From: Octopus sinensis
Lineage: Eukaryota
Assembly: GCF_006345805.1 (NCBI RefSeq)
Contig: NC_043002.1
Coordinates: 94,612,001 to 94,676,000, forward strand
Direction of reading: 5' to 3'
DNA length: 64,000 nucleotides
Under the pieces are notes generated by a model. The model was given only the letters and a program-made list of their open reading frames with translations, made no database searches and was not told the DNA's origin. Positions within the stretch are counted from its first letter, which is position 1. Each line of letters starts with the position of its first letter. Below, piece after piece: positions 1 through 11,438 of this stretch. The position numbers and the translations under genes were made by a program.

Positions 1-719
1 AACAGCGAAATTTTCCATTTTCATTTGCGAAATCTCTCACTCTCTATTTCAATGGTTTAATTCGCTATTTGCAAACAACTACGATAAAATAAAGAGAAAT
101 ATTTACTAAATTCACAAATTTCGCTTGAATCTGCTCACTTCGTTAATTTCCGTAAAAAGTTTTTGTTTATTTACTTTTTGCGCGCCATGTTCAGCTCTAT
201 GTATTTGTTGCCAGTCACACACGCACGTGTGTTTTTGTATGTACGTTTGTATACATTTATGTATGTGTGTGTGTAAAAGAGAGAGAGAGAGAGAGAGAGA
301 CGTACATACATAAATACATATGCATACATCTTTTTGTATGTATGTGTGTTTGTGACAGAGAGAGAGAGAGAGAGATGTCTAAATGGTGCTCTCTCTCTCA
401 CACACACACATACATACAAAAAAAGATGTATGCATATTTATGTATGTACGTATACATGACAACACACCCCTTCACTAGCTCTCACACATGCACGCACGTC
501 CATTTCATCTGATGTTTGATACTTTATATATGTGTATGTGTGCGCATGCGTGTAGCGTTCCAAAATCACCACTTATTTCAATCACTCTTGTGAAGATATT
601 TTCGTAACTCATTTTTTCATTTAGTCTCCATTTTAATTTTTAAAGAAGTTTCCGAAAAGGTAGATGATCAGTATTCTGCAGTGAAGCAAAGATGAGTACA
701 GGTAATCAATGGGGACTTC

Positions 720-1560
720 TGCAACCCTGTTAACTCTATCAAGTATGTTTGCAAATATATAAACAAAGGTTTAGATGTTGCAACATACACTCTTATGCAG
801 AATGTTAGTCAGCAGATAAATAAAAATGCCGAAGTTGCACAATATGACAAAGGAAGGTACATCAGTACCAATGAGGCTTTTTGGCAATCATTCCTATGAA
901 TGTCCATCTAGAGCAGTGCTTTTCAACCTTTTTGCTGGAGCGGAACCCCAAGGAAATATTCCACTGGCTCCAGGAACCCCTGGGCAATAATTTAATAGTC
1001 TTATGCACACATATCTGCACAGGAGAAATAAAAATGACTGCCGATTTTAGCAGTTTTGTAACTTCTTGCGGAACTCTTGGACTGTACTGGCGGAACCCTG
1101 GTTGAAAACCACTGATCTAGAGAATGGCCACAGGGTTATCTTTACAAAACAAACAGCCTTGCAACAAGCACTTACTCCAAAAGAAACCACCCTTCCTTTT
1201 TAAGTTGTGTCAAGTAGATGAAGATACAAGAAAACTCCTTTACCCACAATTACCCATGTATTACACCTGGAGAAAAAATAAATGGCACAAGAGGAAAGGT
1301 GGGGCTGATGCTCTTACAAGAGTTTACAGTGTCCACCTAAGCCAAGCTGAATGCTACTACTTACGGTTCCTTTTGCATGAAGTAGTTGGTCCCAAACCAT
1401 TCCAAGATTTGAGGAGGGTAATTGGTCATGTGTGTAAAACTTATAGGGAGGCATGCTATCAACAAGGTTTTTTAGAAAATTATGAGCATTGGGACCTTGC
1501 ATTTACTGAAGCATAGTATCAGATTCTCCAAGGGAACTCTGTAACCTTTTTGTAATTATA
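720..1560 (+). mobile_element. Helitron Rep/helicase coding remnant, interrupted by a MITE
   Basis: Translated pieces SIKYVCKYINKGLDVA, GRYISTNEAFW, VHLE|NGHRVIF (rejoined across the MITE) and ORF 1124-1516 LTRVYSVHLSQAECYYLRFLLHEVVGPKPFQDLRRVIGHVCKTYREACYQQGFLENYEHWDLAFTEA match the Helitron segment between the Rep and helicase domains. Confidence 0.85.
914..1114. mobile_element. Non-autonomous hAT (Charlie-like) MITE, 201 bp
   Basis: TIRs CAGTGCTTTTCAACC (914-928) and GGTTGAAAACCACTG (1100-1114), 1 mismatch. Perfect 8-bp TSD ATCTAGAG at 906-913 and 1115-1122, fitting the NTCTAGAN target. Confidence 0.93.
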
Positions 1561-1607
1561 CTGAACATGAGTCAACTTTTCGGCGAAAATTTTCGAAGAA
1601 TCACAAG

Positions 1608-1746
1608 GCCAGCGGTGACAAATTCAAAAAGTATGGAAGGTCAGCGGTGCCAAAATCACAAAGTATGGAAAGCCAGCGGTGCTAAAATCACAAAGTATGG
1701 AAGGCCAGCGGTGCCAAAATTACAAAGTATGGAAGGCCAGCGGTGA
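1608..1746. repeat. 32-bp minisatellite, about 4.4 copies
   Basis: Unit AAGGCCAGCGGTGCCAAAATCACAAAGTATGG repeated head-to-tail with few substitutions. Confidence 0.9.
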
Positions 1747-1990
1747 AAAATTTTCGAAAACTTTTTGGGGAAAATTTTCGCTGAAAATTCACGAAGAATT
1801 TTCGGGAAAATTTGGACAAAAGTTTTCAAAAGATTTTTGGGTAAAATTTTCGGTGAAAATTTTTGAGTAAAATTTTCGTTGAAAATTTTCGAAAAATTTT
1901 TGAGTAAAATTTTCGAAAAATTTTTCGAGAAAATTTTCGCTAAAAATTTTCGAAATATTTTTGTGGAAAATTTTCGGTGAAAATTTTGGA
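1747..1990. repeat. Degenerate AAAATTTTCG-type short tandem repeat
   Basis: Many AAAATTTT(C/G)G motifs at roughly 10-13 bp spacing. Confidence 0.8.
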
Positions 1991-2557
1991 AAATCTAACA
2001 CGTGATAGATTTTTATCTCCCTTCATAAAGTGGTAAATTTTGTATTTTCGTTTTTTATTATTTTTATTTTATTTATTTATCTATTTATTTGTATTATGAA
2101 TTCAGAATTCATTTCCCAATTGAAGAATAATTTGAATTTAGAATAACAAATTTCTATACAACATATTTTGCTTTTTTCTTCCAATATATTAGGAACGATT
2201 TCATTCTATAACGCCGGGTCCCCCAGCAAGTATACATATATCTATGAATCACATTTATTCATTGCATATGTCAACTTTGTATTGTTTTGTTTGCCCCCGG
2301 CCTTACATTCTCTGCAACTTTCGCGGGTACCGTTAGTATGGGAAGTTCTCACTCTTATCATTAATTGTGCGAAACTAATACCGTTTGGTTGATAACTGAT
2401 GAAGAGTTAGGGAACTTCTGTGTCTGTCTCCTGTCCAGTTGTACACTCAGTATACGTTATGTCGTTTGTTTATTTACAACACGGATATTTACTAGCAGAG
2501 ATAACCGGCGTTGCTCAGAATTAAATTTGTCAAGCGATGGTGGGTATACATTCACAG

Positions 2558-2591
<34 letters not shown>

Positions 2592-2605
2592 GAATACATA
2601 TGTAT

Positions 2606-2637
<32 letters not shown>

Positions 2638-2665
2638 TATATATTATATAATATATATATTATAT

Positions 2666-2706
<41 letters not shown>

Positions 2707-2803
2707 GGAATAAACACATAAATGTGAAACAAGGTGGAAAAAAGAGTACTCAAATACCAGAGGTAGAGTAATACGCTTTATTTAAAAGCAGCAGAAATTT
2801 AAC

Positions 2804-2850
2804 AAAAGCTGTTACTCGGAGTTTCACGTTCCCGTTCGTCGGACACTTTT
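2804..2850 (-). ncRNA. Type I hammerhead ribozyme motif, U4C core variant
   Basis: Minus strand reads AAAAGTGT-CCGACGA-ACG GGAA CGT-GAAA-CT CCG AG-TA-ACA G CTTTT. Stems I, II (GNRA loop) and III all pair; GUA cleavage triplet. Confidence 0.65.
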
Positions 2851-4311
2851 GTAAAAATAGAACCGAGATGACAATTCTATCAAGACTAGTATAAACGTTA
2901 CACCTTTAAAAATAGATTTGTTTGATTGGTCCTTTCAAATAACGGTCAAATGCGAGCGATAAACAAAAATAAACAAAACAAATAAATGAGTTCAACATAA
3001 AATTATGAAAATCGAGGAAAAACCTTAAATCGAAGATTTGATTCAAATACATATTGTCATTAATTATGTAGAAAATATAATTCGATTAATACAATTAATA
3101 CATAAAAATTGAAATTAAAATATATTAAAATATTTCACAACAGTACATACACATGCTAAACCATCAATATACATGTATACATCAAACTACACAGATAGAT
3201 GTGCGCAGACCACATACATATACAGACATATAAATGCAAAACGAAAATATACACACCAATACATGTACACTTATGTATACGCAAACTTGCTCACATGCAA
3301 AAATCACTTGGTGTATACATCTATATATATAAAACTCAACATGTGTGTCTGTGTGTGTATCTGTGTGTGTGTCTGTGTGTTTAACTTCCCGGCACATCTC
3401 CTCCTAGCCAACAAATCGTAGAACCACCAAAAATGGGTCACTTAAAGTTTAGGCGAATGAAAATTGAACTGCGCTATTTCTGTTCCGAAATTCATCTCGC
3501 AAGTGCAAAAATCGATAATCTGTTTGTTTAGGCCTTATCCCATGCATTGAATTGTGAACTTTACTCAGTCAGCTGTTTGACGTGAACTGTGTTCACCACG
3601 CGTGCAAGCATACGTAAATTGCATGAGAAATAAAAAAAAATCAAGATATAAAAACGAATCGCCGTAAACATTGTAGACATTCGGCAAAGAAATGAATTTT
3701 CGGGATGTAGCCTGGAGGGTTTTTTCGTATTAATCGTTTGGACTTTGTGAACACATACCAATTGTTTTAATAACATTTTTAACGTTTTGAATTAAATGCG
3801 ACCATTTTGTGTTGAGTCTGCAGTTTGAATCACTTTAACCAAATTTTAGCAGGCCGGATTTTTGATCATCACGATACATCGCCAGCGACTCCCTGAAACT
3901 CTCCCCTGAAATCCCCGTTGAGAAATACTGATCTAAAAGAATAATTCAACAATGCAATTATTTGATCAACCAAAATTTATGAAACGCTTCTACGTACTTC
4001 CTATTGAGGAAATGGAACACATAAGCGCAAAAATAGAGGGCATTAAATACTTGATTTTAAAACCAAAGCCGGGCAATACTGCTAGTATAGACTATAAGCA
4101 AAATCCAGGGGTGGGGAAGAAACGACCTTGTAAGCAACAGAAAGCTAAAGACGTGAGTAAGGGAGGGGAGGGGGCGTAAAGTTACAGGGCTCTATACAAG
4201 TAACGAATAGGGAGAGAAAATAACGAAAGAAAGAAAAGCGAAAAAAAGAAAAAAGGAAAAAGTCTGACTATACGTAACGAATGTTCATAAGATAAAATTA
4301 CGTATACATGT

Positions 4312-4699
4312 GGGGTTTCGCAAGAGTTTTTGGCGAACCCGCTCGACCGTCTATTCAGATGTTAGTGATCGTTCAAATCCGCTTGTCCTGCACAGACAGC
4401 TTTCCACTTTGAATTTTTTGCGCCATGTCCAAATCAGCATTGTTGTTAGTGACTTTTTAAAGAACTCACCCACAAATGTATGCTGCACAGTCATGTTCGA
4501 CTGTGTTCGTGGTTACTCTAACACACAAAGCGCCTTTTCTCTTCCAGTGAATGTCATTTCTATACCTCAAAACATAAATATATCAACATTAAACATAAAA
4601 TTTTGACTTGTTTCTACACATGCTGTTAAAATTTGAAGTCATTTGAAGAAGCAAAGGTATTAGACTGCGAAATTATATTAAATTTTTTGAATTACCCTG
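4312..4699 (-). mobile_element. Tc1/mariner 5' remnant (terminal sequence plus N-terminal HTH of the transposase)
   Basis: Minus frame from ATG at 4557: MTFTGREKALCVLE*PRTQSNMTVQHTFVGEFFKKSLTTMLIWTWRKKFKVESCLCRTSGFERSLTSE*TVERVRQKLLRNP (DUF4817-like HTH). Terminus TA|CAGGGTAATTCAAAAAATTT at 4699-4701. Confidence 0.75.
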
Positions 4700-4829
4700 T
4701 ATGCACATATGTATAAATATATTTGTATATAAATATATACATACATATATACATATATATATACTTATAAATCTATATATATATATACATGTATGTAAAA
4801 TTTAAAAATTAATAAATTTAAACTTCCTT

Positions 4830-4995
4830 CTTAATGCGAGTCCAGAGCAATATCTTATCTTTTACAATCTTTCCGTATTACGTGTCAAAAGTGAAGCAAT
4901 AACATCTCTATTGTAAAGTGAGATAATAGTTTCAGTTTTTTTTACTTTCACTATTAATACTGAAAAAATTAAAAGTGAAACTATTATCTCACTTA
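4830..4995. repeat. Unclassified dispersed repeat with an internal 19-bp inverted repeat
   Basis: AAGTGAGATAATAGTTTCA (4916-4934) and TGAAACTATTATCTCACTT (4976-4994). A related inverted copy lies at about 52366-52552 and a partial copy at about 55455-55505. Confidence 0.7.
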
Positions 4996-5254
4996 CATAT
5001 ATACATGCATACACGCACACACGTGTAATATGCATATATATATATATATATATATAGCGATAGATATATAGAGAGATAGACATATAGATATATTATGCAT
5101 ATATAGGCATGTATATATGTGTATTTACATCTGCACATATATGCATGTATATAGTGTGTGTGTGTGTGCGTGCGTGTGTGTGTGTATGTGTATGTTTTAG
5201 ATGTATATATATATATATTATATATATATATATATATATATTAGCAGCATGTGA

Positions 5255-5478
5255 ATACATAAACTGTACGAATTTACGACTTATCCATCTCTAAACAAAA
5301 ATAGGAAAAAACGATATATTAATGCATTATGAAGTGCAAAATGCGTTAGCATAAAGGAATAGATGCATCAGCTTTCTAACAAAAAATAAAGATTGTCAAA
5401 ATATAATAATGGCGCAAAATGAGCAGTAGTAAGATTTTACCAAATACCTTACTACAAATTTCATAGTGAGGACCTAAT
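5255..5478 (-). mobile_element. Mariner 5'-end fragment (same family as 59464-60460)
   Basis: Clear similarity to 60257-60460 (AAACTGTACGAATTT.CGACTTATCCATCTCTAAACAAAAATAG...). Ends in the TIR-like GACCTAA|TA, matching TA|TTAGGTC at 59462. Confidence 0.75.
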
Positions 5479-5482
5479 ATAT

Positions 5483-5530
<48 letters not shown>

Positions 5531-5578
5531 GTGAATTGAGAAATGGAGCTGAACGCAGATTGAACAGAAATCGTTTTA

Positions 5579-5665
5579 TTTCATTCTACACGTGTTTCGA
5601 AAGGCACAATTACCAAAATCCGATTGAATAATGGGACCATATGTGTCTTTCTCTTCAGGAAGAAA
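5579..5665 (-). ncRNA. Type I hammerhead ribozyme (left foldback arm)
   Basis: TTTCTTC-CTGAAGA-GAAAGACAC...GTGCCTTTC-GAAA-C ACGT G-TA-GAA T GAAA. Canonical core, 8/9-bp stem II, palindromic ACACGTGT stem/loop III. Confidence 0.85.
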
Positions 5666-6421
5666 AGGAAATCCGTTGGAAAAACAAAACAGAACAGAGG
5701 CAGAGCAAAAAACAAATCGAACTGTGCTCCTAAGAGCCCATGGCGAACTGTTTATCATGTATGTTGAGAACCGGTGGCTGAAGAATTCAACAGGTCAGGC
5801 ATCGGTCAATCATGGGGTGAGGGTGTATAGATGTTCTTTGTGACCGAGAATAAAGTTCTGACTATTTAAAGAATATTGGATGTTTTATAAGGGGCGAGAA
5901 AAAATCTACTTAGAGACGTGTGTGTGTGTATACTGTTCTATATATGTGTGTGTTGGCGTAGGGGTAGAAAACATTTTTTGTGTACGTGTGTGCGTTTGAT
6001 CGTTCGCTGTCAGTGGCTACTGCCGTGATAACCGTTGGGTGGCAGAAAGGTTATCACGGCAGTAGCCACTGACAGCCGAACGATCAAACGCACACACGTA
6101 CACAAAAATGTTTTCTACCCCTACGCCAACACACCCATATATAGAACAGTATACACACACACACGTCTCTAAGTAGATTTTTTCTCGCCCCTTATAAAAC
6201 ATCCAATATTCTTTAAATAGTCAGAACTTTATTCTCGGTCACAAAGAACATCTATACACCCTCACCCACATGATTGACCGATGCCTGACCTGTTGAATTC
6301 TTCAACCACCGGTTCTCAACATACACTGATAAACAGTTTCGCCATGGGCTCTTAGGAGCACAGTTCGATTTGTTTTTTGCTCTGCCTCTGTTCTGTTTTT
6401 GTTTTTCCAACGGATTTCCTT

Positions 6422-6507
6422 TTTCTTCCTGAGAGAAAACACAATATGGTCCCATTATTCAATCGGATTTTTGGTATTTGTGCCTTCGAAACACGTGTAG
6501 AATGAAA
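6422..6507 (+). ncRNA. Type I hammerhead copy (right arm) with a 1-nt core deletion
   Basis: Mirror of 5579-5665, but the core reads CTGAGAG instead of CTGAAGAG. GAAA-CACGTG-TA-GAATGAAA is intact. Confidence 0.7.
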
Positions 6508-6996
6508 TAAAACGATTTCTGTTCAATCTGCGTTCACTCCATTTCTTCAATTCACCAATAATGTTTTAATTTCAATTATCCGCACCAACGCACGTTGCAA
6601 CGCCAGATGGTTGTACCTCCAACCGTGCTGTTCACTGCTGTGATTTTTGCTACTAAGGTATCGGTTAAACTTTTGATTAATCTACTACAAGATTATTCAT
6701 CTTTCTATTTCACATTATATATAATATATATATATATATATATAATATATATAAATATAATATATATATATATATATACATATATATTATACATATATAC
6801 ATATATATGTTGACTGATGATAGAGTATGGACGGATTTTTGAAGTCCAATGATACCCTACATACCTATTTCATTATGAAGATTTACAAACTTACTTTCTC
6901 AGTGAAATTCAATATACCCTCCATTATAGATAATACAAAATGTACATTTTCGGTTTTTTCATAATGTGATGGAGGTCTTTGGAATAGCAATTGCAT

Positions 6997-7088
6997 GCGG
7001 CTGAAGAGAGCTTTAAACCATCTGTTATGTCGATTATACATTGATGTAAGAATAGGTTGTTGTATAAAGCTTGAAACACGTTAACCGC
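6997..7088 (+). ncRNA. Hammerhead-like motif with an imperfect cleavage junction
   Basis: GCGG-CTGAAGA-GAGCTTTA...TAAAGCTT-GAAA-CACGTTAA-CCGC. Core and the 8-bp stem II are good; 1-2 extra nt precede the stem I 3' strand. Confidence 0.55.
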
Positions 7089-7199
7089 GACATCCTTTGT
7101 GTTCTGTTTTTTATTTCATTTGATGCATATACCCTCTCACCTCTGCTACTTGCTGGAATATACAGGTGCTTATACTTATCAAGTATTCACCCTGAATAC

Positions 7200-7550
7200 A
7201 TATGTATATCCTGTCTCTCCTTCACTCTGTTTCTTTCTCTTGCTATCCTCTCCTCCCCTCTGTTTCTCTTTCTCCTCCCCTCCTCTCCTTCACTCTGCCT
7301 CTCTTTCTCTTCCCCTCTTCTCCTTCACTCTGTCTCTCCTTCTATTCCCTTCCTCTCCCCCTCCCCTACCTTCCTCTATCTTTTTAACACACCACACTCC
7401 CTTGCTTTCCTCCTATCACCCTCTCGATTTCTTTCATAGCACCTCTCTCTTTCCTTCCAATCTCCCTCTCTCTTTCCCTATTCCCCCTCTGTGTTTCTCC
7501 GTCTCTACCTCTCCCTATCCCTCATTACCTCTCTAGCCTCTACTCCCCCT
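7200..7550. repeat. CT-rich low-complexity tract upstream of the CR1 LINE
   Basis: Almost pure pyrimidine sequence on the + strand. Confidence 0.8.
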
Positions 7551-7562
7551 CTGGACCTCAAA

Positions 7563-8505
7563 ATGAAGATGGCACCAAAGTGGGAAAAGAAAGAGTTAAA
7601 TCTTCTGCTGAGAGCATGGACGAATGCTAGTGGCGATCCGCCGAACAACGTCATCACTGCCGCGCTAAAAAAACAATGGTTTTCATAGAACCATTGACCA
7701 GATAGAGCGGAAGAAAAATGAGTTTATCCGGTCTTACATGCTTAAAAGACCACACATCAAAACACTGGACAACATAATTGAAAATTATTGTGGCAAAGCT
7801 GATGAGGATGAAGAGGACGAAAAAGAGAAGGAAGCCGGAAGTCTCTGTGATCCAGGGGTTCCTCAGGAAAATGGATCACCTACCCCGGTGAACGACTAGG
7901 TAGTGAAGGATAGGGGAGCCAAGGGAGCAGAAACCGGAAGCCCCCCTATACCAGTGGTCCTACGAAGAAATGAAAAATTAGAAAAACAGAAGAAAAAAGG
8001 AAGGACCGAAAACAAAAATAAGGAGGGAAAAGGAGGAAAAGGCAAAACAACCAAAGCTGAAACCCCAACCCACCACACAAACAGCAGAGAACCCCAGTAC
8101 ACTTCAGGAAAGAAGAAATCTGGAAGGCACCGAAGAACCTGTAAGTTCGACCTGCGGGGAAAATGTTGGCATGGTGAGGACGGCAAAAACTGCCGGTTCG
8201 GCCACCTGATACCTCGCCAGAACTTCAGAGGACTCAAAGAGAAAAACTTTACCGAGGGAACACAAGAAATGTCTCCCAGGAAAACTTTCAAAAACGAAGT
8301 GCGCTCCTCAGATGTTCTGCGCAACGCAGCATCTGAGCAAGAGTCTTTTTTATGCATGGCGGAAAGAATTGTTCGGCAGCTAACCTGGCTACACCATGCA
8401 CAGAGAAGAAACCCTGACCACCACTATGCAAGATCACCACAGTCAACAGACACGGGATGGCCTCCCCTAACGCCTGCACAGCCGTCACCCCAATACTTTT
8501 ACTAA
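7563..8505 (+). pseudogene. LINE ORF1 (disrupted) with a CCCH-type zinc finger
   Basis: MKMAPKW... has a frameshift near 7685 and a stop just upstream of 7903, then ORF 7903-8505 with CKFDLRGKCWHGEDGKNCRFGH (C-x7-C-x8-C-x3-H, 8140-8205). Confidence 0.6.
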
Positions 8506-11438
8506 ATATTGGGGGCCTGTTGCATCAAAATAGAAACAAAATTTCTTTCCTGAGAGATCTTACTGCATGCAATCAAGCCCTGTGCATAGCACTTGTGGAA
8601 ACTCACCTCAACCCGGATATAGAGGATGCAGAAGTACACAAATCAAACTATGCCATACTGAGAACAGACAGAAGGGAAAGGAGCCATGGTGGAGTTGCTG
8701 TATACATCCGAGATGACCTCACACCCCAGGTCTTGATGACATACCCAAATTCGGTATGTGACACCTTAATTGTATACATAAGACAACATAATATAGTCAT
8801 ATGCAATACATATTGCCCACCAGATGCCCCAAATCACATAGGCAAGTTTGAAGATTGCCTCACAAGAATTAAAGAAATCCTCATGAATCTGGAACACCAC
8901 GTAACCATATTTCTTATGGGTGATTTCAACTTCCCCAACGTCAAATGGCCCGAAGGTCACATACTCTTAGGAATGAATCATTGCAAGCAAGTACAGGTGG
9001 AGTCCCTGCTCAATCTCACCAATGCCTTATTCATGGAGCAAGTTGTACTCAAGCCAACTAGGGCGAATAACATTCTGGATTTCTGCTTCACGAACAATAT
9101 GGACATCATTCATGATGTGAAAGTGACACCGACATCAGTTTCGGATCACAACATAATAGAGCTGTCTATGTTTGGGCCGAAAGTAACCAGAGATATACAG
9201 CCTAAAGGAAGCACCCGAAATCTCTCCAATCTGAACTTCCACAAAGCAGATTGGAAATCGATCCAAAAATAGATCCTCAGAGAGGACTGGCCGGAATGTC
9301 TCTCCACACCAGACATTGACATGAAACTAGAATGTTTCATGTCTTCTGTGCAAGCCGTATGCCAGAAATATGTCCCAGAGCACAAGGCCAAAACAAATAG
9401 GAGCAAGATTCCAAGAGACTGGAAGATCCTCATGAGGCGACGGACGAAGGTTGCAAATCGTCTCAACCAACATCCCAAAAGTAGCGAAACGTCCCGCCTA
9501 AAAGCAACACTGATGGAGATCGAAAAAATGCTGCAACAATCCTATGTGAAGGAGAAAGCAGACAAAGAAGCCTGGGTTATAAAAAACATTAAATCAAACC
9601 CAAAGGCCTTCTTTCATTACGCGAAAGAAACAGTCTCAGTGCACTACAAGATAGGACCCTTCCTACAAAAGGATGGCTCCCTCACAGACAGTCCAACTAT
9701 GATCAGTGAGATGCTGAATGACCAGTTCAAAAGTGTCTTTACCACCCCGTTGGAACACAGACAAGTGAACGAACCAGTGGATTTCTTTGCCGCCTCACCT
9801 ATAACCAGCGAGGCGGTTACAATAGAATGTAGAGACATTAGCGAAAAAGATGTCCTACTAGCCATAGATAAAGTGGACACAAACTCAGCTGCTGGTCCAG
9901 ATGGTTTCCCAGCCATCCTCCTCAAAGCGTGTAAGCATGCCCTGGCAAAACCCCTCAAGATTCTCTTCCAGAGCTTTCTTGCGAATGGCAAACTGCCAAG
10001 CAAGCTGAAGGAGGGAATAATATGCCCAATACATAAAGGGGGAAGTAGAGCAGATGCCAAAAACTATAGGCCTATCTCTCTGACTTCACACATCAGCAAA
10101 GTCATGGAACGGATAGTCAGAAAGAAACTAATCGCATTCCTTGAGGAAAATAACTTGCTGAGTGATACCCAGCATGGTTTTCGACCAGGTAGGAGCTGCC
10201 TGACCCAGCTCTTACAGCATTATGACTGGGTGTTGAGGCAGTTACTCAACAAATCAAATGTGGACGTAATCTACCTTGATTTTGCAAAAGCTTTTGCCAA
10301 GGTGGATCATGATATGATATGCCACAAACTACGTGACCTCGGCATAGCTGGAAAACTTGGAGTGTGGTTGCATGACTTCCTGAAAGATAGGAGTCAGGCA
10401 GTAGTGGTTAATGGAGCCACCTCTATGAACACACAAATAGTGAGTGGTGTTCCACAGGGCACTGTCTTGGGACCACTGCTTTTTATAGTGGCCCTCTCAG
10501 ATATGCCCTCAAATGCCCGGATAGCCACTCTGGCCAGCTATGCAGACAATACGAAAGTCTCGCAGAAAATACAGAACCCCAGCGATGTTGCACACCTGCA
10601 GCAGGAGTTGGACTCAATCTACAGATGGGCTGAGGATAATAATATGCAGTTTAATTCTGAAAAATTCCAGGCCCTGCGCTACCAGCATCCAAAACTGAAT
10701 ATTAAACTTATAGGATACACCGGTCCACAGGGAATTTCAATCCCAGAGCCTAAGTCTGTGAGGGACCTGGGTATCGACATGAGTAATGATACCTCTTTCC
10801 AAGTGCACATTACCAGGATGGCGACAAAGTGCAGACGACTGGCTGGGTGGATCCTAAGAACATTCAGAACCAGAGATAAGGAAACCATGATGGTCCTCTG
10901 GCGGACATTCGTCCTCAGTCGCCTGGATTACTGCTCACAGCTATGGTCACCCACCAGTGTAAAATTAACGGTGGACCTTGAAGCAATCCAGAGAAGATTC
11001 ACAAAGAAGATCATCTCTTTGCAACAGCTCAGCTACTGGGAAAGGTTGAAACAGCTAAGACTCTACTCCCTGGAGAGAAGACGGGAGAGGTATGAAGTAA
11101 TACAAGTCTGGAAGATCCTGGAAGGAATTGTGCCAAATTTTGGCATTGTAAGCTACACCAATGCTAGAACGGGACGACACTGCATAGTGCCAAAGATCCC
11201 AGCAATGCCATCACGCATCAGAACCAGCTTCTGCAACAGCCTAGGTTTCAAGGGCCCACAGCTTTTTAATATTCTCCCAAAAAGTCGGAGGAACTTGCAC
11301 AAAGTAGATGTAGCGGTTTTTAAATCAAAGCTGGACATCTTCCTGTCAAGAGTCCCAGATGAATCTACCTCACGGCAAGAGGTGCAAATGAGAGTAGCTA
11401 TTATCAAACTCCATTCTTCACCAAGTGCCACATATTAG
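8457..11438 (+). pseudogene. CR1-clade ORF2 (APE endonuclease plus reverse transcriptase), one in-frame stop
   Basis: ORFs 8457-9272 and 9321-11438 are in the same frame, with TAG at 9270-9272. APE motifs LNIGGL, LVETHL, HGGVAVY, GDFNFP, ILDF, SDHN. RT motifs GPDG, NYRPISL, QHGFR, GVPQGTVLGPLLF. The degenerate KAFAKV and YADN suggest inactivation. Confidence 0.92.

Larger units (their letters stand above)
5524..6562. repeat. ~1 kb foldback with ~510-bp arms and a 15-bp spacer, probably of Penelope-like pLTR origin
   Basis: 5524-6033 is the reverse complement of 6049-6562; spacer GTTGGGTGGCAGAAA at 6034-6048. The arms differ mainly by 1-nt indels. Confidence 0.93.

Noticed and set aside
1608-1746. 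32-bp repeats as a CRISPR array
   Set aside because: The units are contiguous with no unique spacers, the context is eukaryotic and there are no cas genes.
2368-2425. GAAAC...CTGATGA as a type II/III hammerhead
   Set aside because: Stems I and II cannot be closed in any topology.
5255-5478. Large segmental duplication linking 5-16 kb with 52-61 kb
   Set aside because: The 5255/60257 match is a mariner 5' end, the 4830/52366 match is inverted, and block order is not conserved. Dispersed repeats explain it better.
5724-5765. Second, opposite-strand hammerhead in the foldback arm (CCTAAGA-GCC CAT GGC-GAAA-CTG..CAG-TG)
   Set aside because: The core is non-canonical, position 17 would be G, there is no convincing stem I, and the homologous region at about 52220 lacks GAAA.
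7071-7536. Overlapping Leu/Ser/Pro/Phe-rich ORFs
   Set aside because: They are artefacts of the CT-rich tract.
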